This document shows positions 8,901 to 18,303 of a DNA stretch of 64,000 nucleotides, piece by piece; within the stretch, counting starts at the first letter, position 1, and the number at the start of each line of letters is the position of its first letter. This DNA comes from an uncultured Candidatus Binatia bacterium (GTDB lineage Bacteria > Desulfobacterota > Binatia > HRBIN30 > CADEER01): NCBI GenBank assembly GCA_965216585.1, contig CBDCGC010000003.1:2732816-2796815 (forward strand), read 5' to 3'. The translations under genes and the position numbers were made by a program. Under the pieces are notes generated by a model, which saw only the letters and a list, made by a program, of their open reading frames with translations, was not told the origin of the DNA and ran no database searches.

Positions 8901-11900
8901 CTTCCGTTGAGGTGGTAGTCGAAGACAGTAGCTCCGTTGGTGGGTGACGGCTGGCTTGCGGGGTAGGGGTAGTACCGCTTGTGCACCCGGCCCGCGGCAT
9001 CGAAGTCGACCTGATTGCGGCGCACCGTGGTGACGCTGGCGCCAACGACCGAGCGCGTTTCCGAGTAGCGTTCGCGTCCCAGTGCGTCGAGAAAGGTCGT
9101 CGTCACGCGCCCGGTCGCATAGCCACTTTGCTTGCGTTCGATGCGCACCGTCGAGTGTTCGCCGGGATTCGCGGCAAAGGTGTATGTCGTCTCGATGGTG
9201 CAACTCGAAGGGCTGTCGCCCGGCCGCGCTTCGCAGGTGAGACGGCCGGCCGGATCGTAGATGTAGGTCGTCGCCGTCGCAGCGCCGTTGGCGCCCCATG
9301 TCACCGCCGGCTTGCCGTGGAGGTAGTCGATCAGCGTGACCGACTGGTGAGCGAGCGGATTGGTCTCGACGACGGGGTAGAGAAAGGTACCGAGGCCGTC
9401 GTCGTAGTCGTAGGTCGTTTCGGCGCCGTTGGGGTTGCGGGTCAAGACCAGGTTGCCGTAGGCGTCATACTCGTTTTCGACCGCGACCCAAGTCGACTCG
9501 GTATCGAGCCATGATTCGATCTTGGTCAAGTTGCCCGCACTCAGGGTCCCCTGAATGGCGTTGTCGTAGGTGAAGCGGCGGCTGTCGATGACGACGCCGT
9601 TCTCCAGTGTCACGACGGTGCTGGGTTTGTCGTAGGGAAAGCAGTCATTGGAGCCGAACGGAGTGGCGTAGGTCACGAACGTCTCAATTGCGGCGAGAGA
9701 GTTGCCGCCCACGGTGGTGTGTAAGACATTGCCGCGGGTATCAACGGCGTGGTTCTCGTTGATCGTCAACAGCGGAACGCCTCCGAGGTCGTGAACGAGC
9801 GTGGCGTTTCTTCGCAGCCAAACCTGATCGCGATCGGGCCCCATTGGACTGCTCGCCCACAGGTTGCCTTCCCAGCGCACCAGCCGGCCGGTTTGAGAGT
9901 CGCCGCCGAAGTAGTGAACCTCGAGCACCCTTCCCCGAACCAGCGCGCTCTGGCCGAAGACGCTGGCGGTTTCGTTGCCGTCGATGTCGGTGCGGGTCAC
10001 GCGACGGAAGCCGTAGAAGCCACGATCGACGAGGTCGATGGGGTTGCCGCTACCATCGTACTCGTACTCCGTCTCGAGCCGGCCGTCCTGGTAGTCGTAG
10101 AACGTGATCTTCTCGTGACCGAGGTCGATGCAGGGGTTTTCCGACGGGTCGAAGACGTTGGCGCCGGGTGCCGGCGCGCACAGACCGTCGTTGAGCCGAG
10201 TGCCCGCCACGACCCAGGTCGTGAAGGGCAAGTCGGGTTCGCCGTCGCCGCCGGTGTGGTCGAAGCGGCTGGTCGGATCGTAAACGATCGTGTTGGTACC
10301 ACCGAGACCGTTTTCCATCATCGACAGGAGATGCGGTCGCTGCTTCGCCGCGTTGAGTTGGACACTCCACACCGTCGAGCCGGTGGTGACGCGGTCGAGC
10401 AATCCGTCGCCATTGAGATCGACGAGATCGGTGAGCGTGTTGTTTCCCTGGTTTTCCCGAATGGGGCCCTCTCCACCCGGCCAGATCTCGGTTGCAACGT
10501 AGTCGTAGGGAGGCGTCGTCTCGTAGGTGCCTGACGACAACCGACCTCCGGTGTTGAGAAAGAAGTTCCAGTCGACACCGTTGTCGGCGCGGCCGACCCA
10601 GTCGGGAAGCCCGTCTCCGTTGATGTCGACGAGATCGGCGATGACTTCATTCGCTGCAACCTGCGTCAGGCCGTCGACCCAACGCGGTAGGGGGGAGTTC
10701 ACCGGTTGGTCGGAAAATCCCTGTCCCGTGTTGCGGTACATCAGGAGACAGTCGTTGACGTTGATGTACTGACTAAGACTGGGGCTCCATTCGAATCCGT
10801 AGCAATCGAGCGGGCCATCCGGGCCGGCCTCGAAAACGAGCATGTCGGCCAAGCCGTCGCCGTCGAAGTCGCTCAACATGTGATCGGTCCGGCTGTTGCT
10901 GCCGCCGGTGCTGTGGGCGATCGAGCCAACTGGAGCGGGGAAGTTGGGCAGCGGGGTGGACTCGAAGCCGAGACCCGTGCTCAGCCAGACGGACCAGTTG
11001 CCGTTGTCGACATCGATCAGGTCGGGAAGACCGTCGCCGTTGACGTCGATGGTGTCGCGGTAGGTGTGGCCGTCCTTGGCCTTGCGTATGAACTGATCGG
11101 GTGCTGGCCAGAGAATCGGTTGGTCGGCGAAGCCCCAGACGCCGTTGGCTTTGAGTTCGCCGGGAAACACCTGCCAGGGTTGGCTCGGGTCGTCGGCCCA
11201 GATGTAGTCGACCCGCCCATCGCCTGTGATGTCGAAGGTGTCGGCGACCGTACAAGCCCAGCCGTTTTCGTCGCAGGGTCCCGACGTCACCCAGACGTTG
11301 CGGATCCTCCCGAAGCCCGGAGCCTGATTGCTTCCAGTCCAACTCACCGGAGTCGGATCGAAGGAAAACGTCTCACTACCGTCGCTGATGCCGAAGTGAA
11401 CCGTCCAGGGAAAGGCAAGGCCGTAGACGAGATCGAGCTTGCCGTCGCCGTTCATGTCAATGATCGAACGGGTCGCCTCCAAACTGCCGGTCCACTGGCG
11501 CAAATAGTCGAAGCCCGCAGGAACCGTGATCGAAACCGCCTGTCCCGACGGTTCGTGACCCACAGCCTGCGGTGTGTAGGCGAAGGTCTGCGTCGGCTCG
11601 CCGGTGGCGCTGACCGAAGTCAATTTCGCATCATCGTCGGTGTCGAGGTTGTGCGAGAATGAGTACGTGCGAACGACCTGACCTGTCTGAGGAGCGTCTG
11701 CGTAGACTTGTATCGAAGACAGTACGTTGGTCATCGTCTGAGCGACGCCGAGCTCGTACGAAGTAGGATAGGTAAGGCGAGAACCGTACGAGAAATAGAG
11801 ACGGTAGATGTGATCGATTCCGTTGTCGTTGCCGCCGTAGTAGATGTTCCTCGGCTGGGGATAACCAATGTTGTCCCATTCGATCTCGATCGAGTTGCCG

Positions 11901-12529
11901 TGGGTGTCTTGGCTTCGCGTCAACATCCAAGACGAGGTCAGGTCACAGCTTCCGTCGGGATTCTGCTGGAGCGCCGGACCGTCTGGATACGAGCTCACCT
12001 TCGCGTTCCTCTCGTCACCGAAGGTGTAGCGGATGCCGGCGCGATCACGGACGGTCCAGACATTGGCGCTTTCGTCGAAGGTCGCCTCGAGAAAGGTGGA
12101 TTCGACCACGGGGCGAAAGACGTCCCCCGTGGTCCTCACGAGCTCCATACTTCCCCCACCGGGCAAGAGGATGACGAAATCGTCGGTGTGATCGCCGGTG
12201 CAACGCGGCACACCCCACTTGGTGGATCGATTGATTCTGCCGATCGGCAGATTCCAACCGTAACCGTAGATGCTTGCGCCTGCGCTGCTCGAATATTGGA
12301 GCGCGAGGTTGGGAGTCATTCCCTTTCGCCCAGGCGGTACTTTGATCGGAATCTTCGTCGTCAACGATCCGGAGAAGAGATTCGCCTCGGGAGAGTGAGC
12401 CAGACTGGTAAATGGCGTCGAGCCCTCACCGCTGCGGTCGCCGAGAGTCGTCCCGGTATCGCCGCCCGCTGCGGCGCTCAGGGTGACGATGACGGCGATA
12501 CTCAACAACTGTCGCACCCGCCGTCTCAT
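5918..12529 (-). CDS. RHS-repeat polymorphic toxin with SpvB N-terminal domain and TcB-like FG-GAP propeller (fused Tc-toxin BC-like protein)
   Basis: 2203 aa. N-terminal signal-like MRRRVRQLLSIAVIVTLSAAAGG. SpvB-type IPIKVPPGRKGMTPNLALQYSS..GYGWNL. Six DxNGDGxxD loops. TcdB-mid-like PHLLSMMENGLGGTNTIVYDP. A long run of YD repeats (YDAYGNLVLTRNPNGAETTYDYD...). RHS core HIDHLGSVQ...ARFYDPILGSFLSIDPAGE...DPTGE, followed by a 280-aa C-terminal domain. Confidence 0.9.
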   Translation of the reverse strand: MRRRVRQLLSIAVIVTLSAAAGGDTGTTLGDRSGEGSTPFTSLAHSPEANLFSGSLTTKIPIKVPPGRKGMTPNLALQYSSSAGASIYGYGWNLPIGRINRSTKWGVPRCTGDHTDDFVILLPGGGSMELVRTTGDVFRPVVESTFLEATFDESANVWTVRDRAGIRYTFGDERNAKVSSYPDGPALQQNPDGSCDLTSSWMLTRSQDTHGNSIEIEWDNIGYPQPRNIYYGGNDNGIDHIYRLYFSYGSRLTYPTSYELGVAQTMTNVLSSIQVYADAPQTGQVVRTYSFSHNLDTDDDAKLTSVSATGEPTQTFAYTPQAVGHEPSGQAVSITVPAGFDYLRQWTGSLEATRSIIDMNGDGKLDLVYGLAFPWTVHFGISDGSETFSFDPTPVSWTGSNQAPGFGRIRNVWVTSGPCDENGWACTVADTFDITGDGRVDYIWADDPSQPWQVFPGELKANGVWGFADQPILWPAPDQFIRKAKDGHTYRDTIDVNGDGLPDLIDVDNGNWSVWLSTGLGFESTPLPNFPAPVGSIAHSTGGSNSRTDHMLSDFDGDGLADMLVFEAGPDGPLDCYGFEWSPSLSQYINVNDCLLMYRNTGQGFSDQPVNSPLPRWVDGLTQVAANEVIADLVDINGDGLPDWVGRADNGVDWNFFLNTGGRLSSGTYETTPPYDYVATEIWPGGEGPIRENQGNNTLTDLVDLNGDGLLDRVTTGSTVWSVQLNAAKQRPHLLSMMENGLGGTNTIVYDPTSRFDHTGGDGEPDLPFTTWVVAGTRLNDGLCAPAPGANVFDPSENPCIDLGHEKITFYDYQDGRLETEYEYDGSGNPIDLVDRGFYGFRRVTRTDIDGNETASVFGQSALVRGRVLEVHYFGGDSQTGRLVRWEGNLWASSPMGPDRDQVWLRRNATLVHDLGGVPLLTINENHAVDTRGNVLHTTVGGNSLAAIETFVTYATPFGSNDCFPYDKPSTVVTLENGVVIDSRRFTYDNAIQGTLSAGNLTKIESWLDTESTWVAVENEYDAYGNLVLTRNPNGAETTYDYDDGLGTFLYPVVETNPLAHQSVTLIDYLHGKPAVTWGANGAATATTYIYDPAGRLTCEARPGDSPSSCTIETTYTFAANPGEHSTVRIERKQSGYATGRVTTTFLDALGRERYSETRSVVGASVTTVRRNQVDFDAAGRVHKRYYPYPASQPSPTNGATVFDYHLNGSSFVDPLGRVFETQHADGTATRVEYYGERVSSYDEIGERTDRVLDAKGRVVLEEVYLAGSVYSSKETEYDGFGRVLALYENDHTVPTKAYTYDTLGRRTTAVDRDSGVWTMGYDHTGNLLYRDDPKANQHVQHCYDAGDRPVRTCAVAQDFQSLFACVQTCNSADVRYTYDDPSVPHSIGRLTGVTDEAGAFRVLEYDTRGRQLITERDVDANGEVTTARFEYEYNDTDEVVLVRYPDGEEVTTTFDEAGQPVSLQNDTGTVYVSAAHYDVLGRATGVWHGNGTRDDRSYYDAAANRHRLWALSTVLPNTQSTLLLYQYTPRGQIASIGDNVGGEISNTASYAYDHLGRLIDFDSTYDPIDRTYAYDTWGNLTQKGALTLTYGNPTAANVAPHHIATAGGQSLLYDANGNRTNASNGQSYAYNARDRLATITMPTATIDFLYDHDGMRRARILDGGNGIEVTRYYNDLLHTQADGKAIKSYFFGGVRVATRSSNDTSWEMAAAGGGLIEIASAWHGRPVLFVQIDPAVQNIALLGTALLLFAILVTPGGRRPRRVVGMRVGRAQASLIALVFTVSILPWPVVIQPASAQCGAPTPTPGTGEEVSHLHIDHLGSVQTITDENGDVVEKIRYMPYGEVRGRWDGSGNPLGAPSSEDVRFGFTGHEEEVSSGLIYAGARFYDPILGSFLSIDPAGEFTNPYSYVGWDPINGSDPTGECELICFALISFAIGFAIGAIDAAINGADFTEALEAGLISGATSALGSILGPAGPGLGGLDGWARGVAGAVSLVSDAYGLYTTVEAFRNGEFLAGSRGALQVLSAAIGGLSNSNVGVGAKPVELADFASFAQQAPPSESGGARISTLLGTFPTAPSSGTVANVGVSSVTIFGIKIEVGTAWAIDSAGNKQIFDVFSVGFESEVFEINAIQGISRTDASVVGDLGGTSTTIGGSGGPSPIGFGAEYNIGNTYSGVTVYGGAQYGIAPVGAYGLRETWTPRGE

Positions 12530-12960
12530 GGGGCCACCTCGGCCGCTGGCTGGGGCGCGAACTCAAAGGTAATCAGATCGGGGTTGTCGGGCGACGCGTC
12601 GAAAGATCGCACCGGCGCGCGGCCGCCGGGTATCCCCTCGGGTGCACGCAACTCCGGCCGCCGCCCCTGCTTGGAACGCAGACCCCGGGGTAACACCCGA
12701 CCGATCTGGCGGCGCCGCTCGTTCAACCGTTCGACTTTTTCACCGGGATTTCGCTGCTCTTCCCGAGCGCGGCCGGTGTCGACGCGAATCCGTCCCCGGT
12801 CGTGCTCCTCCAGCAACGCCTTGAGGGTGTTCGGCTCGATCGCAACTACGCGATCGTCGGCGTTGCCCGCCCCGAGCAACGCCGTGGCCGTCAGGCCGCC
12901 GACGAGTGCCACGAGTGCTTTTCGGTAGCCCCGTGGGGCCGTTCGCTTGGTGCGCTTCAT
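12526..12960 (-). CDS. small secreted Arg-rich hypothetical protein, translationally coupled to the RHS gene
   Basis: 144 aa. AAGGAGG lies 6 nt upstream of the ATG at 12960. The signal/anchor-like N-terminus is MKRTKRTAPRGYRKALVALVGGLTATALLGAG. Its stop overlaps the RHS start (ATGA at 12526-12529). No recognisable domain. Confidence 0.6.
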   Translation of the reverse strand: MKRTKRTAPRGYRKALVALVGGLTATALLGAGNADDRVVAIEPNTLKALLEEHDRGRIRVDTGRAREEQRNPGEKVERLNERRRQIGRVLPRGLRSKQGRRPELRAPEGIPGGRAPVRSFDASPDNPDLITFEFAPQPAAEVAP

Positions 12961-13121
12961 TGCATACCTCCTTGAGCAGCGGTGGGAATGAGCATCGGGG
13001 CGGCCCGCCGATACCGCCTCTCACCCCATATGCGTTAAAAAGGAGGCAAAATTGTTACTTGAACAACTATCATCCGAAACTTTTCATTTTTCCCTGGGGC
13101 TGTTCCCGCTATGGTGCTCCC

Positions 13122-13430
13122 ATGTCGTTGCGCGAAGTGCTGCGCCGCGCGCTCGGCCTGTATCCGACGCTCGACCTGCACGGGCTCGGCGTGCAGGACG
13201 CTGTAGCTGCCACTGAGGCGTTTCTGCGTGAAGCGCGTGTGGCGAACGAGCCGGCGGTGCGGATCGTCTACGGCAAGGGCAAGCGCAGCCCGGGTGGGCG
13301 CGGCGTTCTCCGCCACGTCATCCCGGAGTGGCTGGACGATCGCGGTCGTGAGATGGTCGAGCGATTCGAGCGCCGGCCCGACGCCAGCGGTGCCGATGGT
13401 TACGTGGTGGTTTGGCTCAGGCGGCCCTGA
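13122..13430 (+). CDS. Smr domain protein
   Basis: Lies within ORF 12906..13430; ATG at 13122 (MSLREVL...). Carries LDLHGLGVQDA...VRIVYGKGKRSPGGRGVLRHVIPEWL, typical of Smr/MutS2 C-terminal nuclease domains. Confidence 0.8.
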   Translation: MSLREVLRRALGLYPTLDLHGLGVQDAVAATEAFLREARVANEPAVRIVYGKGKRSPGGRGVLRHVIPEWLDDRGREMVERFERRPDASGADGYVVVWLRRP

Positions 13431-13442
13431 GGCGGCGTGTCG

Positions 13443-14150
13443 TTACCAACGTTCGCCGAAAGGCCGCAGGTCGAGCTCGAAGGTCCAGGCGCTGCGATCT
13501 TGCTCGGCGACGTGCAGCACGGTCTCGGCGATGCGATCGGGGTTGAGAAAGAAGTCGTCCGGCTTGTCTTTGAAGAATGCGCGGGTGTTGGGGATGTCGA
13601 TGACGCCGTCGACGATGACGATGGCGACGTGTACGCCCTTGGGTCCGAGGCTCTTGGCCATCGACTGTGCCAGGGAACGCTGCGCCGCCTTTGCCGGTGC
13701 AAATGCCGCGGTGAGGGATATTCCGCGCAGTGACGCCGTTGCCCCGGTGATCACGATCGCACCGCGGCCGGCCGCGACCATGTCCTCGGTCGCCTCCTTG
13801 GCACAGACGAAAAGGCCCAGCGTATTGACCCGCCACGCCGATTCGAAATCTTCCTCACCCACGTCGTCGAGCTCTTTGAAGCCGCCACTACCGGCGTTGT
13901 AGAGCAGTGTGTCGACGGGTCCCATCTCCGACCGGATCTTGGCGAAGGTGTCGTGAATCTGCTGCGGTACACCGACATCCGTGGCAAAGCCACGAGAATC
14001 CGGAATCTCCCGCGCCAGCTCTTCGAGCCGTTCGGCCGAGCGGGCCAGCATCGCAACCCTGTATCCCGCGCCGGAAAAGCAGCGCGCCAGTGAAGCGCCG
14101 TTGCCTGGCCCCACTCCGGTAATCACACAAACTGGCTTCGACATCGTCAT
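13443..14150 (-). CDS. short-chain dehydrogenase/reductase (classical SDR)
   Basis: ATG at 14150 is preceded by AAGGAGG. Carries the VCVITGVGPGNGASLA Rossmann motif. The N-terminal extension of the listed ORF 13443..14258 is rejected. Confidence 0.85.
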   Translation of the reverse strand: MTMSKPVCVITGVGPGNGASLARCFSGAGYRVAMLARSAERLEELAREIPDSRGFATDVGVPQQIHDTFAKIRSEMGPVDTLLYNAGSGGFKELDDVGEEDFESAWRVNTLGLFVCAKEATEDMVAAGRGAIVITGATASLRGISLTAAFAPAKAAQRSLAQSMAKSLGPKGVHVAIVIVDGVIDIPNTRAFFKDKPDDFFLNPDRIAETVLHVAEQDRSAWTFELDLRPFGERW

Positions 14151-14175
14151 TGACCTCCTTTGCTCGCCGCTCGGA

Positions 14176-15618
14176 TCATCCCCAGACCGGTGGCTTGCGG
14201 CCGATCCACGGACGCGCCTCCTCGAGCTGCGCGGCGAGCTGAAACAGTGTCGCCTCATCGCCGAAGCGGCCGTTGAACATCACTCCGATCGGCAATCCAC
14301 TCGAGCTCATACCCATCGGCACCGACATCGACGGCTGGCCTGTAGCATTGGCCAGTGGTGTGAAGGGAACGTAGTCGATCACCGGTGCAAACACCGCCGC
14401 AGCGTCGCTCTGAGACGTGTCGATGACACCCTTCTTGATTGGCGGCTCTCCCAGGGTCGGCGTCAGCCACATGTCATAGGTTTCGTGAAAACGACCGACC
14501 TCCCGAGCCACCATCTGAAGGGAAGCGATGGCAATCTGAAAATTCGCGGCCGAGATCTCGGTACCGGTGTGATACAGCCCCCAGGTCATCGGCTCGAAAT
14601 CCTCTTGCCGCGGAGCGATGCCGTGGATCATGGAGAACGCCTCGATGTTGAACGCCAACCCAGCCGCCCAGATGGTCATGAACGAGCCGCTCAGCATGTC
14701 GGAGTCGATCTCGGGAGTCGCTTCCTCGACGCCGTGTCCGAGCTCGGCGCACAGCGTCGCGGTCGAGCGCACGACTTCCACGCACTCGGGGTCGAGCTCG
14801 CGGCCACCTGCCGTTCGCACTGCAAAAGCGATGCGCAGCTGACCGGGGGGCCGCCCGACTTCCTGGAGAAACGGCCGCGCCGGCGGCGGCGCGCAGTAGG
14901 GATCGCCGGCCTCGGGACCGTGTGTGCAGTCGAGCATCGCGGCGCTGTCGCGCACCGTTCGGGTGAGCACGTGCTCGACGATCAAACCACCCAGCGCGTC
15001 GCCAATGACTGGTCCGAGCGGATTGCGCGCCCGTGTCGGCTTCATGCCAAAGAGGCCACAGCAAGCGGCGGGGATGCGGATCGAGCCGCCGCCGTCGTTG
15101 GCATGAGCGATCGGTACGACCCCGGCCGCCACTGCTGCGGCCGCGCCGCCACTCGAGCCGCCGCTGGAGTGGTCGAGGTTCCACGGATTGGAGGTCGCCC
15201 CGTACGCAACCGGCTCGGTGGTCGGCAAGAGGCCAAACTCCGGCGCGTTGGTCTTGCCCAACGGATTCAAGCCGCAGGCCTTGAAACGCACCGTCAGGGT
15301 CGAATCCTGCGCCGCCGCAGGCCCTTTCTGAAAATAGCGCGACGCACTGGTCGTCGGCACGCCGGCATGGTCACCGAGAATGTCCTTGAGCAGAAAGGGG
15401 ACACCGTGGAACGGTCCCGTTTTGCCGGCTGCATCGAGCTCGTCGGCGCGAGCGCGGCCGAGCTCGTACATCTCGCAGATGACCGCGTTGAGTTGCGGGT
15501 TGTGTTTCTCGATGCGCGCGATCGCCTCTTCGGTCAGCTCGCTGGCACTCACGTCTCCACGGGAAATCAGCTCGGCAAGCCCGAGAGCATCGTAGTCAGC
15601 GTAGTCGCTCATCGACAT
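14176..15618 (-). CDS. amidase (amidase-signature family)
   Basis: 480 aa. AS-family core [43 protein letters not shown]. Confidence 0.9.
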   Translation of the reverse strand: MSMSDYADYDALGLAELISRGDVSASELTEEAIARIEKHNPQLNAVICEMYELGRARADELDAAGKTGPFHGVPFLLKDILGDHAGVPTTSASRYFQKGPAAAQDSTLTVRFKACGLNPLGKTNAPEFGLLPTTEPVAYGATSNPWNLDHSSGGSSGGAAAAVAAGVVPIAHANDGGGSIRIPAACCGLFGMKPTRARNPLGPVIGDALGGLIVEHVLTRTVRDSAAMLDCTHGPEAGDPYCAPPPARPFLQEVGRPPGQLRIAFAVRTAGGRELDPECVEVVRSTATLCAELGHGVEEATPEIDSDMLSGSFMTIWAAGLAFNIEAFSMIHGIAPRQEDFEPMTWGLYHTGTEISAANFQIAIASLQMVAREVGRFHETYDMWLTPTLGEPPIKKGVIDTSQSDAAAVFAPVIDYVPFTPLANATGQPSMSVPMGMSSSGLPIGVMFNGRFGDEATLFQLAAQLEEARPWIGRKPPVWG

Positions 15619-15676
15619 CAGAATTACCTCGTTCCTTATTGATCACGGTGCGCGCAGCGCTCGCAAACGAATGCTT

Positions 15677-16672
15677 TCAGACATCTGCCAGCCGGCTTCG
15701 CAAGGCATCGATGGCACGGTTCATCCCATCCGCTGTCGACACGCCGGAATCCCAGCCCAACCCGCGCAGCTTGGCGTTCGAAAACTTCCAAGCGTACCCA
15801 AAGGCCTTGACGTCGACCGTGCGCAGTGGCGGCTCGCCCGGCCAGACCCGCTGCAGCAGACTCGCGGCGGCGTGGGCCAGGCGAAACGGCACGTGACGCG
15901 ACGGCGCCGCGCTGCCGATGGCCGCGGCGATTTCGGCGCAGACTTCTTGCAACGTCGGACCGCTGTCGCCGTCGTAGGCGAGGTAGCCCTCACCGAGCGC
16001 GTCGGGATGCTCCGCGACGTGGACGCAGGCGGCGGCGAGGTTGTCGATGTAGGCCCAGGGTAGCCAGACGTCGCGCCGCCAGAAGGTCATCGAGCCGTCG
16101 CGGATGGCCGCCGCGAGAGAGGGAAAGAAGGCGCCGTCACCCGGTCCGTATACCCAACCGGGGTAGACGACCGTGAGCGGCAACCCGCGCTGGGCGTGAA
16201 AGCCCCACAACCAACGCTCGGCTTCGATCTTGGAATCGGCGTAGGGTTCACCCCATTCGCGCAGCGGCGATTGTTCGTCAAATCTCTGGCCGTCGCGCTG
16301 CGGCAATCCGAAGACGTCACTGGTGCTGATGTGGACGAACCGCCGGATGCCGCGCAGAAATGCTGCTTCGGCGACGTTGCGGGTGCCACCGACGTTGACG
16401 CGCCGGTACTCTTCGACGGGCACCCAGGCGTGCACCACGGCGGCGCTGTGAAAGACGCGCTCGATGTCGTTGCTCGCCCGGTCGACGGCATCGCGGTCGG
16501 TGACGTCGGCGGCGACGATCTCCAGCCGAGCCGCTGGCGCCAGTGCGCGCAGGGATGTGTCTTTGCCGTGGTTGGGGTGGACGAGGGCGCGGACGCGATC
16601 TCCGGCGGCGAGCAGGTTCTCGACCAGCGCGCGTCCGACGAAGCCGCCCGCTCCGGTGACCAGCGAAAGCAT
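15677..16672 (-). CDS. NAD-dependent epimerase/dehydratase (extended SDR, 3-beta-HSD-like)
   Basis: 331 aa. Starts MLSLVTGAGGFVGRALVENLL. The start is 1 nt downstream of the stop of the preceding gene. Confidence 0.8.
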   Translation of the reverse strand: MLSLVTGAGGFVGRALVENLLAAGDRVRALVHPNHGKDTSLRALAPAARLEIVAADVTDRDAVDRASNDIERVFHSAAVVHAWVPVEEYRRVNVGGTRNVAEAAFLRGIRRFVHISTSDVFGLPQRDGQRFDEQSPLREWGEPYADSKIEAERWLWGFHAQRGLPLTVVYPGWVYGPGDGAFFPSLAAAIRDGSMTFWRRDVWLPWAYIDNLAAACVHVAEHPDALGEGYLAYDGDSGPTLQEVCAEIAAAIGSAAPSRHVPFRLAHAAASLLQRVWPGEPPLRTVDVKAFGYAWKFSNAKLRGLGWDSGVSTADGMNRAIDALRSRLADV

Positions 16673-16673
16673 G

Positions 16674-17888
16674 TCAGTAGAAGCAGTACCCCAAGCCGCG
16701 GTAGGTCTTGGCGCGGGCGGTGACCGAACCGTTTTCGATCAGCGCGTAGTCGTTGAATCGCTCGGCGATCTCGCCGGCTTTGGCGGGGCGAAAGAAGATC
16801 GGATCTCCCGCTTTCAACTTCCCGCGCAACTCCGGTGGCAGGCGCAGGGGTGTCTGCACCTCGCCAAACCCTTCCGTCTTCTCGGTGGTGAGTCCGCGCG
16901 GCAGAAACGGCACCGGTGCCTTGTCGGCTTCGGTGGGACCGCTGGCGATGAAGCCGCCACTCTGGCAGGTGATACGGTCGTCTTGCGGAACGCGCGTCAC
17001 TTGCAGGGCAAAGCACATCGCCGGTTGGTTCTGATTGCTGGCGTAGTAGTCGAAGAGATGCGACTGCAGAAACCCCGAGCCCGCCGTCACCTCGGTGATC
17101 CACTCTTCTTCGCTGGTCGTCCGGATCGAGCCGGTGCCGCCGCCGTTGTAGAAGTCGAGCTCGATACCGCGCCGCACCAGGCATTCGGCGACGGCGCGGC
17201 GTTTGGCCGCGACGTCTTTCACCGACTGGGCCTTGAGCAGCTTCTTGGCCGGATTGAGCAGCGGTGCAAAGGGATTCTGATCCCCCAGGCCGGCAATCTG
17301 CGCTTCGTAGCCCATGACTCCGGCGAGCCGCAGCTCGCTGCGTCGCGCCAGCGCATCGAGAAGAGCTTCGAAGACTTCGAGCGTGCGCACCGGCGAGCGT
17401 TGAACGCCGACGTGCATGTTGCCCGGTCGCCAGGACATGTCGTGATCGATGCAAACGCGCAGCGGTTCGCTGCCGCCGCGACTCTGCCAGTCGCTGGCGA
17501 GCAGCTCGACATGGGCCGGAGAGTCGATCATCAGCGTCACCGTCTTGCCGGCGGCGACGAGTCGATGGGCGACGGCGAGGTCGCTCTCTTGCACGGTCGG
17601 GTAGGCGACCAGCAAGTCGTCAAAGCCGCGCTCGGACAACAGCGCCGCCTCGTCGACCGAAAAACACATGAGGCCGCGAAAGTGCTCGCCGCCGACCGAG
17701 ACGATGCGTTCGAGCAGATCGGGAACCCGCACGGACTTCGACGCGACGCGTAGGTTCTTGCCGTGCTGGGCTGCCACCGCCGATAACCGGCGCGTGTTTG
17801 CGTCGAGCACGTCGAGGTCGACGAGCATCAACGGCAGGGGTTCGCCGCGCACGATTTCACGCAACCTGTCGTAGTCTTCTAGCGCCAT
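16674..17888 (-). CDS. PLP-dependent alanine-racemase-fold enzyme (D-amino-acid deaminase/aldolase, DSD1-like)
   Basis: ATG at 17888 (MALEDYDRL...). Carries LMLVDLDVLDANTRRL...NLRVASKSVRVPDLL, matching the Ala_racemase_N-type Lys region. About 404 aa. Confidence 0.65.
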   Translation of the reverse strand: MALEDYDRLREIVRGEPLPLMLVDLDVLDANTRRLSAVAAQHGKNLRVASKSVRVPDLLERIVSVGGEHFRGLMCFSVDEAALLSERGFDDLLVAYPTVQESDLAVAHRLVAAGKTVTLMIDSPAHVELLASDWQSRGGSEPLRVCIDHDMSWRPGNMHVGVQRSPVRTLEVFEALLDALARRSELRLAGVMGYEAQIAGLGDQNPFAPLLNPAKKLLKAQSVKDVAAKRRAVAECLVRRGIELDFYNGGGTGSIRTTSEEEWITEVTAGSGFLQSHLFDYYASNQNQPAMCFALQVTRVPQDDRITCQSGGFIASGPTEADKAPVPFLPRGLTTEKTEGFGEVQTPLRLPPELRGKLKAGDPIFFRPAKAGEIAERFNDYALIENGSVTARAKTYRGLGYCFY

Positions 17889-17904
17889 GAGATGCCGGCG
17901 GCTC

Positions 17905-18303
17905 TCACCCGCCGTCGCTGGCCGGCGCGCGCACGACCGGATCCCAACCGATCTTGTCGAACACGCCTCCATCGCCGACGTCGGAGTAATACAGTGTCAT
18001 GACGACGCCCTTGATGCCGAGGTTGGCGAGCCGGAAGGCCGACGCGATCGGCTCCGGCGCCGTGGTGTGCTTCTCGGTCATCGACAGCAGGGCGCGGATC
18101 AGCCAGCGCGGCAGGAGGGCGCAAACGGCCAACACCGAGAGCACGCTTTGCCGATCGTCGTCGTACATGTGCTCGAGCATGCGGCCGGCGTGCGCGGCGC
18201 AACCCGACTGGGAAAACGCGGGCAAGTGGTCGTCGCCGGGAATGAGCACGTCGCCGACCGCCAGCAGGCCGCGCTCCTGTAGCCGTGTCAGGGTGACGCT
18301 CAT
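17905..18303 (-). CDS. small accessory protein coupled to the GMC oxidoreductase (gluconate 2-dehydrogenase subunit-3-like?)
   Basis: 132 aa, starting MSVTLTRLQERGLLAVGDVLIPGDDHLP. The ATG overlaps the GMC stop (ATGA at 18300-18303). Family assignment is weak. Confidence 0.45.
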   Translation of the reverse strand: MSVTLTRLQERGLLAVGDVLIPGDDHLPAFSQSGCAAHAGRMLEHMYDDDRQSVLSVLAVCALLPRWLIRALLSMTEKHTTAPEPIASAFRLANLGIKGVVMTLYYSDVGDGGVFDKIGWDPVVRAPASDGG

